From NCBI GenBank assembly GCA_964016885.1, contig OZ024758.1:15934001-15998000 (forward strand): a stretch of DNA of 64,000 nucleotides. The letters are read 5' to 3'. Source of the stretch: Eledone cirrhosa (taxonomy: Eukaryota). Position numbers and translations under genes: made by a program. The stretch's first letter is position 1; each line of letters starts with the position of its first letter. Positions 26,601 to 38,728 of this stretch are shown piece by piece. Under the pieces are notes generated by a model. It did no database searches. It was not told the origin of the DNA and saw only the letters and a list, made by a program, of their open reading frames with translations.

Positions 26601-29600
26601 ATATTGATACAGTTTATGAAAACCAACTGACAGCGGTTTAGATTCTCCAGAAACAATATAAACAATTTAACAAACATTAGCAATACAATCCATACTTAGA
26701 ATAAAGTGTAGGTCACCACCAACAAGGGAATCCAGTCAAAATGCACCCTGTGATGAACATGAATCCCATAATAGGGTCCATAAGGTGAGCCCCAGCTTTA
26801 ACAGGGAAAATGTCTTAACTCTTTAGCATTTACATTACTCTATATTTACTATTATATTTGCATGGTAAAGGCTTTATCTCACATAATATCGAATCTATGA
26901 AATTTTGATATTTATTTTGAGAACAATACCTTAGCATCAGCATGAGTGACCAGTTACAGCCGGTTTGAACAGAAAGAGGCGAGAGAGTTCTGGCCGGATA
27001 CAGCCGGTTTAAATGCTAAAGAGTTAAAGCCTTTTGATACCAAACCACCCGCTGTAAGGAGGTTGTGTTGGTGAAAGAAAAAAAAAAAGCATCTAGTCCA
27101 CACTGTAAGGTGGTTATGTTGGTGACACGAGAAAAAGCACCCAGCTCATACTGTAAGGTGATCGTGTTGGTTGAAAAATAAACCTCATTTGGTCATTCCA
27201 TGAGAGTATCTTGGTCACACTATGAGCTTTTCAGCCGGCCCCAGTACACACAAGTATAATACTTACCACCCGTAACAGGAGCTCGTTGTTTGATGGAAAC
27301 AAAACTACCAATTAGTCGCCTATAATGTCCCTGAAAATATAAATTGAAATAAGATACACATTTAACCCTTTAGCATTCATATTACTCTATATATATACTA
27401 TTATATTTTCATGGTAAAGGCTTTACCTCGCATAATTATCTCACATAATATCGAATCTATGAGATTTTGAAAGTATTTATTTTGAGAACAATACCTTAAC
27501 ATCAGTTTGAGCGACCAGTTAGAGCCAGTTTCAACAGAAAGAGGTAGAGAATTCTGGCCGGACTTGGCCGGTTTGAACATTAAAGGGTTAAAACAAACAT
27601 ACTGTTCACCTCAATGTCGTTTAACGTCCCTTTTCTACGTTAGCTTGGGTGGGACAGGTTGTCCTGTTTGAGGAAAGTTAGGTTAGGTGACCGTGTCTTG
27701 CCCACACAGAATTGTTTCTGGCTGGTTTCTATGACTGGATGTCTTTCCTAATGCCAACCACATTTACAGTGGGTGCTTTTTGTGTTGACACCTACATGAC
27801 CACTTTTACTGTACGGACTGGGCACTTTTTGTCATGACACCTATACAACCACTTGACAGTGTGGACTGGTTGCTTTTTGTCATGACTCCAACACGACCCT
27901 GCTGGCATGAGCTGTGTGTATCATTATAGACCAGTTCAGTACTTAATTGGAGCAACTGACCTCAGTTGGGCTGGGAGCCTACATCTACATATATTCCAGC
28001 ACTTTACAGAGTGTACTGGGTGTGTTCTATTGTGGCACCAGCACTAGGGAGATTGTTATGTTCTCGACACAAAGAATCTTCTCAATCCTTTGTATGGTAA
28101 ATTTTCTATAGCTGGATGCCTATCTTAATACCAAACAACTATTTTACAGAATGTACTGGATGTATTTTTCAAGACACCAGCACTAGAGGGGTTGTCATGT
28201 CCTTGACATAACTGAAGAGTCCTCTCAACTCTTTTGGCATGGTTTCTATGACTGGATGCCCTTTCTAATGCTAACTATTTTACAAGGTGTTTTGAGTACA
28301 TTTTATTGTGGCACTATCATTAGAGTGGCTGTCGGTCAATGATTGAAAATCTCTCTCTACTCTATGAGTAGGGGGTGGATGCCCTGTCTCTAGACAGCTG
28401 TATTTAAGGGGTGAGAATAGGAGGGGGTGTGTAAGAAGGATGACAAGTATACAAACACTTTAAAATGTTTTTATATCACAGAACCAGGAGTGGTTTGGTA
28501 TCAAAAGAGTTAAACAGAATCCTAAGATGTTAAAAATAGAAAGGAAACTTACACTGGGTGCATTCCTGAATCCTTTGATTCCATGAAATACAGAGCCTCC
28601 AATGGCACCCATAGAAAAGGCCCCACCGCAATCATCTACGATTCTCCAAGGACTAAAAAAAAAAAAAAAAAGTAAAAACAGATTTGAAAGTACAAGTTCA
28701 TCACTGGATACTTTAAAGTATATTTTAGGTTATTATTTCAGGATGGTTTTGGATTTAACAGGTTGATCTGTGTTGGGGTTATTGATGGAACATAACTGTG
28801 GAGTTGATCAGTTGATCAACCCTTATGTTGCCAGGGTAAGAGTGACCAGCGGCACGCCTAACCGAGGTACTTGGTGATGTTTGTGTAGGCGCTTGGCTGT
28901 TCCAGCGCATCAGTCTCGTCGTCATCACCCGAGCGTGTTGGCTTGCCTAAAAAATTATTAGAGAGGTTTTCCAGTGCTCTTTGCGATATCGTTATCTTTT
29001 GTCCACCCCTTTTGTTGTCGTATGTGGTCCTAGATGTATCTATTACCTGCTTGTGTGCTGTATGTGGTCTTAGATGTGTGTATTACCTGCTTGTGTGTTG
29101 CGTGTGACTCCTAGATGTGTGTATTACCTGCTTGTGTGTTGTATAAGTCCTAGATGTGTGTATTAGCTGCTTGTGTGTTGTATATGGTCCTAGATGTGTG
29201 TATTACCTGCTTATGTGTTGTATGTGGTCCTAGATGTATGTATTAGCTGCTTGTGTGTTGTATAAGTCCTAGATGTGTGTATTAGCTGCTTGTGTGTTGT
29301 ATGTGGTCCTAGATGTATGTATTACCTGCTTGTGTGTTGTATGTGGTCCTAGATGTATGTATTACATGCTGGTGTGTTGTATGTGGTCCTAGATGTGTGT
29401 ATTAGCTGCTTGTGTGTTGTATGTGGTCCTAGATGTGTGTATTAGCTGCTTATGTTGTATGTGGTCCTAGATGTGTGTATTACCTGCTGGTGTGTTGTAT
29501 GTGGTCCTAGATGTGTGTATTACCTGCTTATGTGTTGTATGTGGTCCTAGATGTATGTATTACCTGCTTGTGTGTTGTATGTGGTCCTAGATGTGTGTAT

Positions 29601-30443
29601 TACCAGCTTGTGTGTTGTATGTGGTCCTAGATGTGTGTATTACCTGACTAGGTGTTGTATATGGTCCTAGATGTATGTATTACCTGCTTATGTGTTGTAT
29701 GTGGTCCTAGATGTATGTATTACCTGCTTATGTGTTGTATGTGGTCCTAGATGTATGTATTACCTGCTTATGTGTTGTATGTGGTCCTAGATGTGTGTAT
29801 TACCTGCTTATGTGTTGTATGTGGTCCTAGATGTGTGTATTACCTGCTTATGTTGCATGTGGTCCTAGATGTGTGTATTACCTGCTTATGTGTTGTATGT
29901 GGTCCTAGATGTATGTATTACCTGCTTGTGTGTTGTATGTGGTCCTAGATGTGTGTATTACCTGCTTGTGTGTTTTCTTTTTCCCTTTTCAATACTATTT
30001 ATACAATTGTAAATAAAGTCCAATATCCACAGGTCATATCAACAATGATGTCTCCCAGCTCACTTACGATATATATCTAAAAACAGAATTTACTTTCAAC
30101 TCTTGCTCGTCTTTTTGGTGACCTAAATAAGAAGAACCCCAAAAGAATCTCCTCACCCGCAGTTCACATAAGGTGTTGACTTTGCTGAGGTGAACTCGCT
30201 AAGGAGATCTACGAACTAAGAAAATAAGGATGTATTTCCTTATCTACAGATTCATTTGTGTTTAACAAAAACTTTAGAATAGAAACACAACATACATTTT
30301 TCCATATCTATTTTTTTGGATCACTTAATACGATAAAAAGTGTAAATATATATATACAGGGTGTCCTCAAAAGTGTATACACACTTCAACAGAATTCTAA
30401 TAAAAGTGTGCATACATTTTTTGGGACACCTTGTATGTATGTG

Positions 30444-30475
<32 letters not shown>

Positions 30476-33400
30476 TATATATATAGTAATAATAATAAAT
30501 TTGAAGACTAAAATCCAAGGAGTGCTCGATAAGGATAAATATATAAGAACCGTAGAGCAAATATTTAACGGGATCTTCTGAAACTGTTTCAGAAGATCCC
30601 GTTAAGGGTGAAAGCAGCGATTCTTTGCTTAAACTTTAATCTATTATTTTAATAAATATATATATACATATCAGAGAGAGAGAGAGGTTGGGGGGCGGGG
30701 CGGGGATAACGTCGATGTTTGTAGAAACATTTATTCTTGGTATGTTTTGTTGTGCTCTATACGCAAAACTAGTCTGAGCATTAAAATAGAGGCCGGGATA
30801 TTTTGAAGCAGCACACTTGGTAGGTTTAGTACACACCATTGATAGCACCCACATTTTACGAGAGAGAGAGAGAGAGAGAATGTGTGTGAGAGGGAGAGAG
30901 ACAGAGATAGAGAGAGAAGATGAGAAGAGAAGAGAGAGAGAGAGAGAGTAAGAGGTAAATGGAAAGAGTTGTACTTTCCATCCATTTAATTATTATTCGT
31001 CATTAAAAAAATAGTTAATGGCAAGTGTGTGTGTGTGTGTATATACATATACATATATATACACACACAAATATAAATATAAATATATCCAATTCATTCA
31101 TGTGTGTAAACCAGCTTCCAAAGTGTGTGTAATGTTAGAAGAATGAAGGTTAAGGAGACAGAGAACATGATTTATCAAGGTCAAGAGAATGGGAGGGCGG
31201 CGACATCGTAATTTTGTGAAATGGCATGTTTAAGATAAATGAAACATATACAGATCTTTATATTAATAAGATAAGGAACAAATCCTGTACGTGTTTAACT
31301 AGGTAAAAGGGGACGTATCTATATGACTGATATATATTGACATTTTTAAACAGATTTCAGTTAGATAAATACTCTTATATAACATATTGGGCAACATGTA
31401 TTGTTTGTAAACGTAGTTTCAGTATATCACCAGAATAAATGAGATTAAACATTTAACGGGGGTTGTCCCTTTAAGAAAGGTTTTCATATATAAACTGTCT
31501 TGATGTATTTAATTGCCCTTTTCCCCTAATATTTCCTTTACAGAAAATTCATCCAGTGTCCTCCCCAAAATGTACACACTTTTATTAGAATGCTGTTGAA
31601 GTGTGTATACATTTTTAGGGACACTATATATATATATAACGAAGGAAATGTGGCAAGGAACCAGATGGACCATAACGCACCAAAGTACTCAATACTTAGG
31701 GTAGTAGAGTGTGTAATAGGAACGAGTAGGACCCCGACGGCTGAGCTCCAGCCGTTTCGACGGCTAATTTTAGTCCAGAATTAGCCGTCGGGGTCCTACT
31801 CGTTCCTATATATATATATAGAGAGAGATTATATCGGTTTTAATCTAGTAAGACCATTATCCAACAGAGTACTCGATACTTGGGACAGTAGAGTGAAACT
31901 ATAACAGAGAGTTGGGGTCAGACGGTTGAGGTCTTAACGTTTCGATAGCAAATTTCAGAGACTGGAATTTGCTGTCGAAACTGCAACAGCTCAGCCGTCG
32001 GGCCCCCGACTTTCTACCAAAAATGTATACACACTTCAACAACATTCTAATAAATATTGCTTGTGCGGGTAATCAAAGTGTGTATACATTTTTGGGAGAC
32101 ACCCTGTGTATATCGACTAATTTAAAAAGATGTAATGTAACAATGTTCATTAAAAGTTAACAATAAATCAACGCTGTTTGAACGGTTTGTAAATATATAT
32201 ATTTCCAGTGAAACATTGTCAACTAGTGAAATACCGATATTTTCCCAAGGTTACTTTTTATATGCCAAAAATAATAGTTTAAGAGAAAAAAAAAACATGT
32301 TTCTTTTTCCTTCTAAATTACAAATATTAGACTGGGAGCCTAGAAGTTTATACTTAATCTCAATGTACATAAAACACCTTTTATGCGTTTATATTTGTAT
32401 ATAGATCGTTTGTGTTTTCGTTCTGTAAACATATTATCCTTACGGTGTCGATAAAATAAAGTACCAGTAATGCACTGGTTTAATTGCTGGCCTTGTGCCA
32501 AAAGTAGAAACAATTATATTATAGTTTTATACAACTAACGGTGAATAAAAGACTTTAAAAGATTAAAAAACACGTTGTTAATTCAAAAATTTCAAATTAA
32601 CGTAAATACAACCAACATCCAACCAAAAAGTATTAAAAGGTTGTTAAGCTGTTTTGACCTTTCGTTTTATGAACTCTTTCTATAATAATTATATTCAAAT
32701 TATGAACATGATTCATTTAAACATTTAAATGATTCCTTTAGAAAATAAAGGAAAGGAAAAAATATTGAATTGGTGATCTGTGTCAGCTTAAAAAAACAGT
32801 TAAAGTAGGTTTTTTTTAATAAAAAAACCCAAAACAAGGTCATTTTGTGTTGTGAGGAGAGGTTAAGGTGTTAAAAATTGGGAGTAGGGACTTTCTAAGA
32901 TTGGGACGGGTCATGTTATATTGCCAGAAATATATAATAAAACACACTCACTGTGAGTGTGTTTTATTATATATTTCTGGTAATATTATAACATGACCCT
33001 TCCCAAATATAACAATATTTGTCTCAACATACGTTTTCATATAAAAATAACTAGCAAAACAAATTCATCGACTTCACTTCCTAAGAAAACGGAAACGATT
33101 ATAGACATGTGTGGCTTACGTAATAACTAATATTGTGATATGTAGGGATATTATAAATTTAAATAATTTTAAAAGCCATACAATGCACTAGAAAATTAAA
33201 GATGCCAAGATAACAATACAATCTTACCATAGAAAATTTAATAATCCTCAATATTTTCGAGTTTAAAATCCCATTATTAAGGGAGTATCCCAGTGAGTCT
33301 TAAAGGATCTACAACACTGTTATTTATATATATATATATATATATTACATTGCAGAGCGAAAACATAGATCAGGTGTGGTATATGCTAACATGTTTATTA

Positions 33401-33683
33401 ATTTAGTTATTAATAGAAGTAAAAAACCCCAACAAAACCCATTATTATTTCGTATTTGTATAAAACAACACACAATAACGAGTTATGCAAACGAACATGT
33501 AAAGCTGGAGATATCGCAACATATACAAGATTACACAAATATTGTAATTATAAATCATAAATGAAACAATATATAATTATGGATATAATTTCATAGATAA
33601 ACAAAATAATTAATTAATAAACTATTTAAAAAATAAAACAGTTTTAAATCCACTGACCATGGATCACGTGCATACTCCTCCAT
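20666..33683 (-). CDS. TIMM17: Mitochondrial import inner membrane translocase subunit Tim17 (166 aa, 7 exons)
   Basis: Exons 33683-33658, 28652-28553, 27330-27267, 24672-24544, 22980-22945, 21953-21879 and 20736-20666 total 501 nt. Translation: [28 protein letters not shown]...[40 protein letters not shown]...[23 protein letters not shown]...EDPSQLP. Confidence 0.96.
20870..21332 (+). mobile_element. Decayed RTE-like LINE 3' fragment with (GTA)n tail
   Basis: Remnants PAGRPRG...[17 protein letters not shown]. Homologous minus-strand copies at 58658-58875 and ~17735-17790. Confidence 0.6.
23440..23995. repeat. 40-bp minisatellite (~14 copies) in TIMM17 intron 4
   Basis: Tandem TCCCTAGACCAGAGACCTGGTCTGAAATATTACTGGATAA. 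The first unit at ~23085-23127 is separated from the rest by a SINE B. Confidence 0.95.
26150..26550. repeat. Unclassified dispersed repeat, with an inverted copy at ~42985-43460
   Basis: ORFs 26365-26547(+) and 42985-43179(-) are near-identical translations of a repeat and do not look like real coding sequence. Confidence 0.65.
28845..29975 (+). repeat. CRE-like 3' end followed by a 40-bp minisatellite (~24 copies)
   Basis: GCTTGGCTGTTCCAGCGCATC... homologous to 14161-14250, then tandem GTGTTGTATGTGGTCCTAGATGTGTGTATTACCTGCTTGT units from ~29020 to 29975. Confidence 0.85.
31716..31809 (-). mobile_element. Fold-back element with partial hammerhead (helix II, GAAAC, helix III, GUC)
   Basis: Minus strand GACGGCTAATT..AATTAGCCGTC-GAAACGGCTG-GAGCT-CAGCCGTC-GGGGTCCT. 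Related copies at ~15165-15240, ~31905-32015, 34245-34330, ~38545-38700 and ~55140-55190, mostly beside (TA)n. Confidence 0.5.
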
Positions 33684-34111
33684 TGCTGTCAGAAAAGGGG
33701 GTGCAACTCAACACTGGCTTTAAAGACGGAACGAAAAATATATAACGAAACGAAATAGATTTTTAATTATTTTTATTTATATATTTATATATATATATAT
33801 ATTAAAAAAGAAATTAATAAAATCAGTTAATTACATTCAGGGTTAAACTTTATAACGATAGTTTAAAATATCGCAGTGTAATATTTAATTAATATTAATA
33901 TATCAAAAATATAAATATTAACACTTATGTACAATGACGTCTGTTGCTAGCCAATTTACATCATTATATCATAAAAATATCAATAATAGAAACTTTTTAC
34001 GAGCTGGTCTCTCTTACGTCAGAAAACCACGCAGTCTACATTCACTGAATTCTTTTATTCTTTTACATGTTCCAGCCATCCGGCTGATGCCATGCACCGC
34101 CCTAGAAGGAA

Positions 34112-34229
34112 ATGCTTACAGCACCTAGGTTTCCCAAGCGGTCACCCCATATAAGTATTAACTAGGCTCTACGTTGCTTAACTTCGGTGACCGGAGAACC
34201 GGTGTTTTCAGCGTGTTATGGCCGTAAAT
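34112..34229 (-). rRNA. 5S rRNA-like copy, probably a pseudogene
   Basis: Minus strand reads ATTTACGGCCATAACACGCTGAAAACACCGGTTCTC-CGGTCACCGAAGTTAAGCAACGTAGAGCCTAGTTAATACTTATATGGGGTGACCGCTTGGGAAACCTAGGTGCTGTAAGCAT. This is clearly metazoan 5S, but it has a small deletion near the GTCCGATC loop, substitutions in the box C region and no T4+ terminator. It is a solitary copy. Confidence 0.85.
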
Positions 34230-36714
34230 GATAATATATATATATAGGAAAAAGTATGACCCCGACGGCAGATCTCAAGGAGTTTCGACGGCTATTTCGG
34301 GACAGAAATAGCCGTCGAAACTTTTTCCTATTTCCCACTCTACTACCCTAAGTATTAAGTACTCTGGTGCGTTATGGTCCATCTGGTTCCATACCACGAT
34401 TCCTTTGTTACTGGCATTAGATTAACATCTACAGTACATTATATGTTTAAAAAAAGTGGGGTTGGGACCAGCTTTGCACTTTCGCCCTAGTTTCTTATTG
34501 TTGTTGTTGTTTAGCCCAAGGTCAGCGTAGACTGAGCATATCCATAATCAAAAACGTTACAGCAGTGATAATCCCATAATCTCTGTCCCAAGTATGCCCA
34601 GAACCCCAATATTTAGCGTATCCTCTCCTTTTTATGATGATAGGGTATGAATTAAGGAAGATTTAGCTGCTATTTCTAACAGGTCGAATGATCCTGTAGA
34701 GGTTCTCTCAACATTAGTTTTAGGTAGTGATATACAGCAAGAATTTTCTTTTGAATTTGCGAGAATATTAAAAAAAATACCATTGAAAAAATATATTTTT
34801 ACACTTTAATCTTAGAGTACAGCTACGTAAGGCAGACATAAACATCATTTTATATAAGATTCGCCATAGATAGACATAATCATCATAGTTTTAACGTATG
34901 TTCTTTCAAGTTGTCTTAGGATGGGTAGTTTTATAACGATAAATGATAATGAAAATTATTGTGTACAGTGCTCAGGTGCACTACAACTCACCAAAGGTGC
35001 ATGTATAATACATAGAATAATGTACAAATGTCAGGAAAGTGAACAGAGTATGAGTCATGATATACACACAGGAAACATGGATGTTTTGAAGGATGTAGTG
35101 TCTCGATAGTTAACAATTGATGCAGGTAGGTTTGTTCTACCTGTAACTCTGTAGATCCTCTATTAACCTGTGTGTAAAACCTAGAACAACAACAACAACA
35201 ACACTTTTGACATGCTTCTTACAAGTTACTGTTGCATAACAAAAGAACCCTCTGTTGCTCTTGGTAACGGAAGTAATAGTTGTCTAGACTTATTCGATCT
35301 TCTTTATTACTTTAACTATTATAACATTTTTTTTCTGCCAGGAGTTGCGACCAATAGATAGTATCAGCAATGGAAAGACCATTGGTTCAATTTGACGAGT
35401 TCCATCTTACTCGGTAAGCGAATAAGGTCAGAGATCTTGTCGATCGATCATCATCATCACCGGTTTACGTCCGTTCTTCCACGCTAACATGGGTTAGACG
35501 GGGGAACTGATTCTGGCCTGATTTCTTTCTTGATTTTTTGCCGTGGAATGATAGGGACTCCCAGTCCCTATCATCTCATTTCTACAGCTGAGTAAACTGG
35601 AGCAATAAAGTGAAATAAAGTGTCTTACTCAAGGAAACAACATATCACCCAGTCCGAGAATTGAACTCACAACCTTTCGATTGCAAGCCCAATGCTCTAA
35701 CCACTAAGCCATGCGACTTCATACACACATACACATACATATACATATATATATATAGGAAGTGTAACGTGCAGTTGCTGTAGGTTCACATGAGTGAGCA
35801 CTCTATGTGTAGTTTCCCATCAGTAGAGAGGTGTAGGACTAAGCAGAGTGTTCATTCTTTCATTACCACAGCAGAGGTCCAACGAGCTTTTGATTCCAGA
35901 GTCAGGCCAGATTGAACTCGAAATATTAGGACAGAAGAAAGAACAGCAACAACAAAAAACAAAACCAAGATTACTGGGTAATTTACTTTTTCGTTACCTC
36001 ATCTTACCATCCATTTTGCATTGTTTAACCTTCTATCTCTTTCCACATTATATATCATATACAATGCTTCAAGCACACTATAACATTTTATTAACCCTTT
36101 AGCATTTAAACTGGCTATATCCGACCTGTGTTCTTTCACCTCTTTCGCTTCAAACTGGCTGTAACCGGCCACTCATAATGATGTTAATGTATCTCAAAAT
36201 AAATAATATCAAAATCTGATAGATTTGATATTATGTGAGATAAAGCTTTTACCGTGAAAATATAATAGTAAATATAGAGTAATCTAATCTAATCTAATCT
36301 GGCCAAGTTTACACTCGCAAATAAGAACCAAGCTGCCCCTAGGAGCATTGGATTTGGTGTATTTCATATTTGTTTCAGTTGCTGAATACAATCAGAGGTT
36401 GCTGCTTCTCCTGAAGGTCAATAGCTCTCTTCTAACTTGAGCGGGAGTGCCTTTCCATTGTCAATTTACATTGATCATCTACAAAGCCACATTGTTCTCA
36501 GAACCACTTCAATGCATGCAGCTGGAACTACTGCCACCAATTGATTTGGCAGGGTTTTTTTTTTATATAGAGTAATGTAAATACTAAAGGGTTAAATATA
36601 GAGTAATGTAAATGCTAAAGGGTTAAAATAACTTTTGTTGTAAAATATAACAATAACATTAACAAAAAAGCAATTTGGATAAAAGCAGTTTAATTTTTCA
36701 ATGTTTCTATGTTG

Positions 36715-38484
36715 TTAAAATTCTAAATTAATTTGACCAGATTTAGGATAAAAAGTTAGCGTTAGGGGAAATTTCCCATTAGCAGTAGTATTAATAGGTT
36801 TGTTAAGTAAATGGACTCCTTGGCGTGTATGTTTATCCCAACAAACATAACCTTCTGATGTTTTCTCTTCACTGTTTACTATGCCTGTGCTAATAGATGA
36901 GTCGCCATATTGGAATTCTACCCAGAATGCAATGCCATTGCAGAGTCCATTTCTGAAAAGAAAAGAAATGAAAATAAATAAATGTTAACATTTATATATA
37001 TATATATTGTCGTGTCTTGATTATTTCTTGATGTGTGATTGAATAAGGAACAGTAATTTACAAATTTCTATTTCGACACAATGAAGCACAATAAACTGTT
37101 GAACTATAGATCTATAGAACTGTTGAACTATAGATCTATAGAACTGTTAAACTATAGAAATATAGAACTATTGAACTATAGATCTATAGAACTGTTAAAC
37201 TATAGAACTGTTGAACTATAGATCTGTTGAACTATAGAACTGTTGAACTATAGAACTATAGATCTATAGAACTGTTGAACTATAGAACTGTTGAACTATA
37301 GATCTATAGAACTGTTGAACTATTGAACTATAGATCTATTGAACTATAGAACTGTTGAACTATAGAACTGTTGAACTATAGATCTGTTGAACTATAGAAC
37401 TGTTGAACTATAGAACTGTTGAACTATAGATCTGTTGAACTATAGAACTGTTGAACTATAGATCTATAGAACTGTTGAACTATAGATCTATAGAACTGTT
37501 GAACTATAGAACTGTTGAACTATAGATCTATGGAACTGTTGAAATATAGAACTGTTGAACTATAGAACTATTGAATTGTTGAACTATAGATCTATGGAAC
37601 TATAGAACTATTGAATTGTTGAACAGTAGAACTATAGAACTGTTGAACTATAGATCTATGGAACTGTTGAAATATAGAACTGTTGAACTATAGAACTATT
37701 GAATTGTTGAACTATAGAACTATAGAACTGTTGAACAGTAGAACAGTAGAACTATAGAACTGTTGAACTGAAGCGAGCATATAATAATAATTGTTTCTAC
37801 TTTTAGGCACAAGGCCAGCAATTACCCAGTACATTACTGGTACTTTATTTTATCGACCCCGTAAGGATGAAAGGCAAAGTTAACCTCGGTGGGATTTGAA
37901 CTCAGAATAGCAAGGGCCGTAACTCTATGCGTCAAAGCATGGCGACCGACCCTCTACCGATACTGCCAATCCACCGCCCTTATATCCACGAGCATATAAT
38001 AATAATAACACTGAACATAATTCTGTGGTGACAGAAAGAATTGTGTACTCCTGAAACTGTCAGCTATACTTCAAACCCGTTGGATAGAATTGTGTACCCT
38101 CGTTTAGCTGAAGCTTAATATATTGGCAAAACACAGGAGCACGCTTGAAACACGTGATTGTGATATGATTGGCTGTTGTTAAATAATTAAACAATTACAC
38201 AGCACTTGTTAGATAACACTCAATACGAGTTCAATACATGACATATATATAAATATATATATATAAATATACGATATTAATAAATGGAAACTATATTTAT
38301 AAAACCATATTTATTTCATTATACATTTTCAGGGATACCACATTAAATTATGGTATGCTTTCATCAGACAAAATACAATATATAACAGTTTTACAAATAG
38401 GTTTGACGTACCCTTTAAAATACAACCATTACTTTTGGAGGCTGTCTGGATAGTATAAATATATATATATATATAACAAAGGTG

Positions 38485-38541
<57 letters not shown>

Positions 38542-38693
38542 CAAAGGTGTGGTAAGATACCGGGTGCGTTATAGCACCAGAGTACTCAATACTCAGGGTA
38601 GTAGAGTGGGTAATAGGAAAAGAGGTAGGACCCCGACGGCTGAGCTCCGGCCGTTTCGACAGCTAGATCCAAACGGGGGTCCTGACTCTTTTC

Positions 38694-38728
<35 letters not shown>

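Noticed and set aside
30636-30854. 72-aa minus-strand ORF in TIMM17 intron 1
   Set aside because: No recognisable motif, and it runs into (GA)/(TA) microsatellites.
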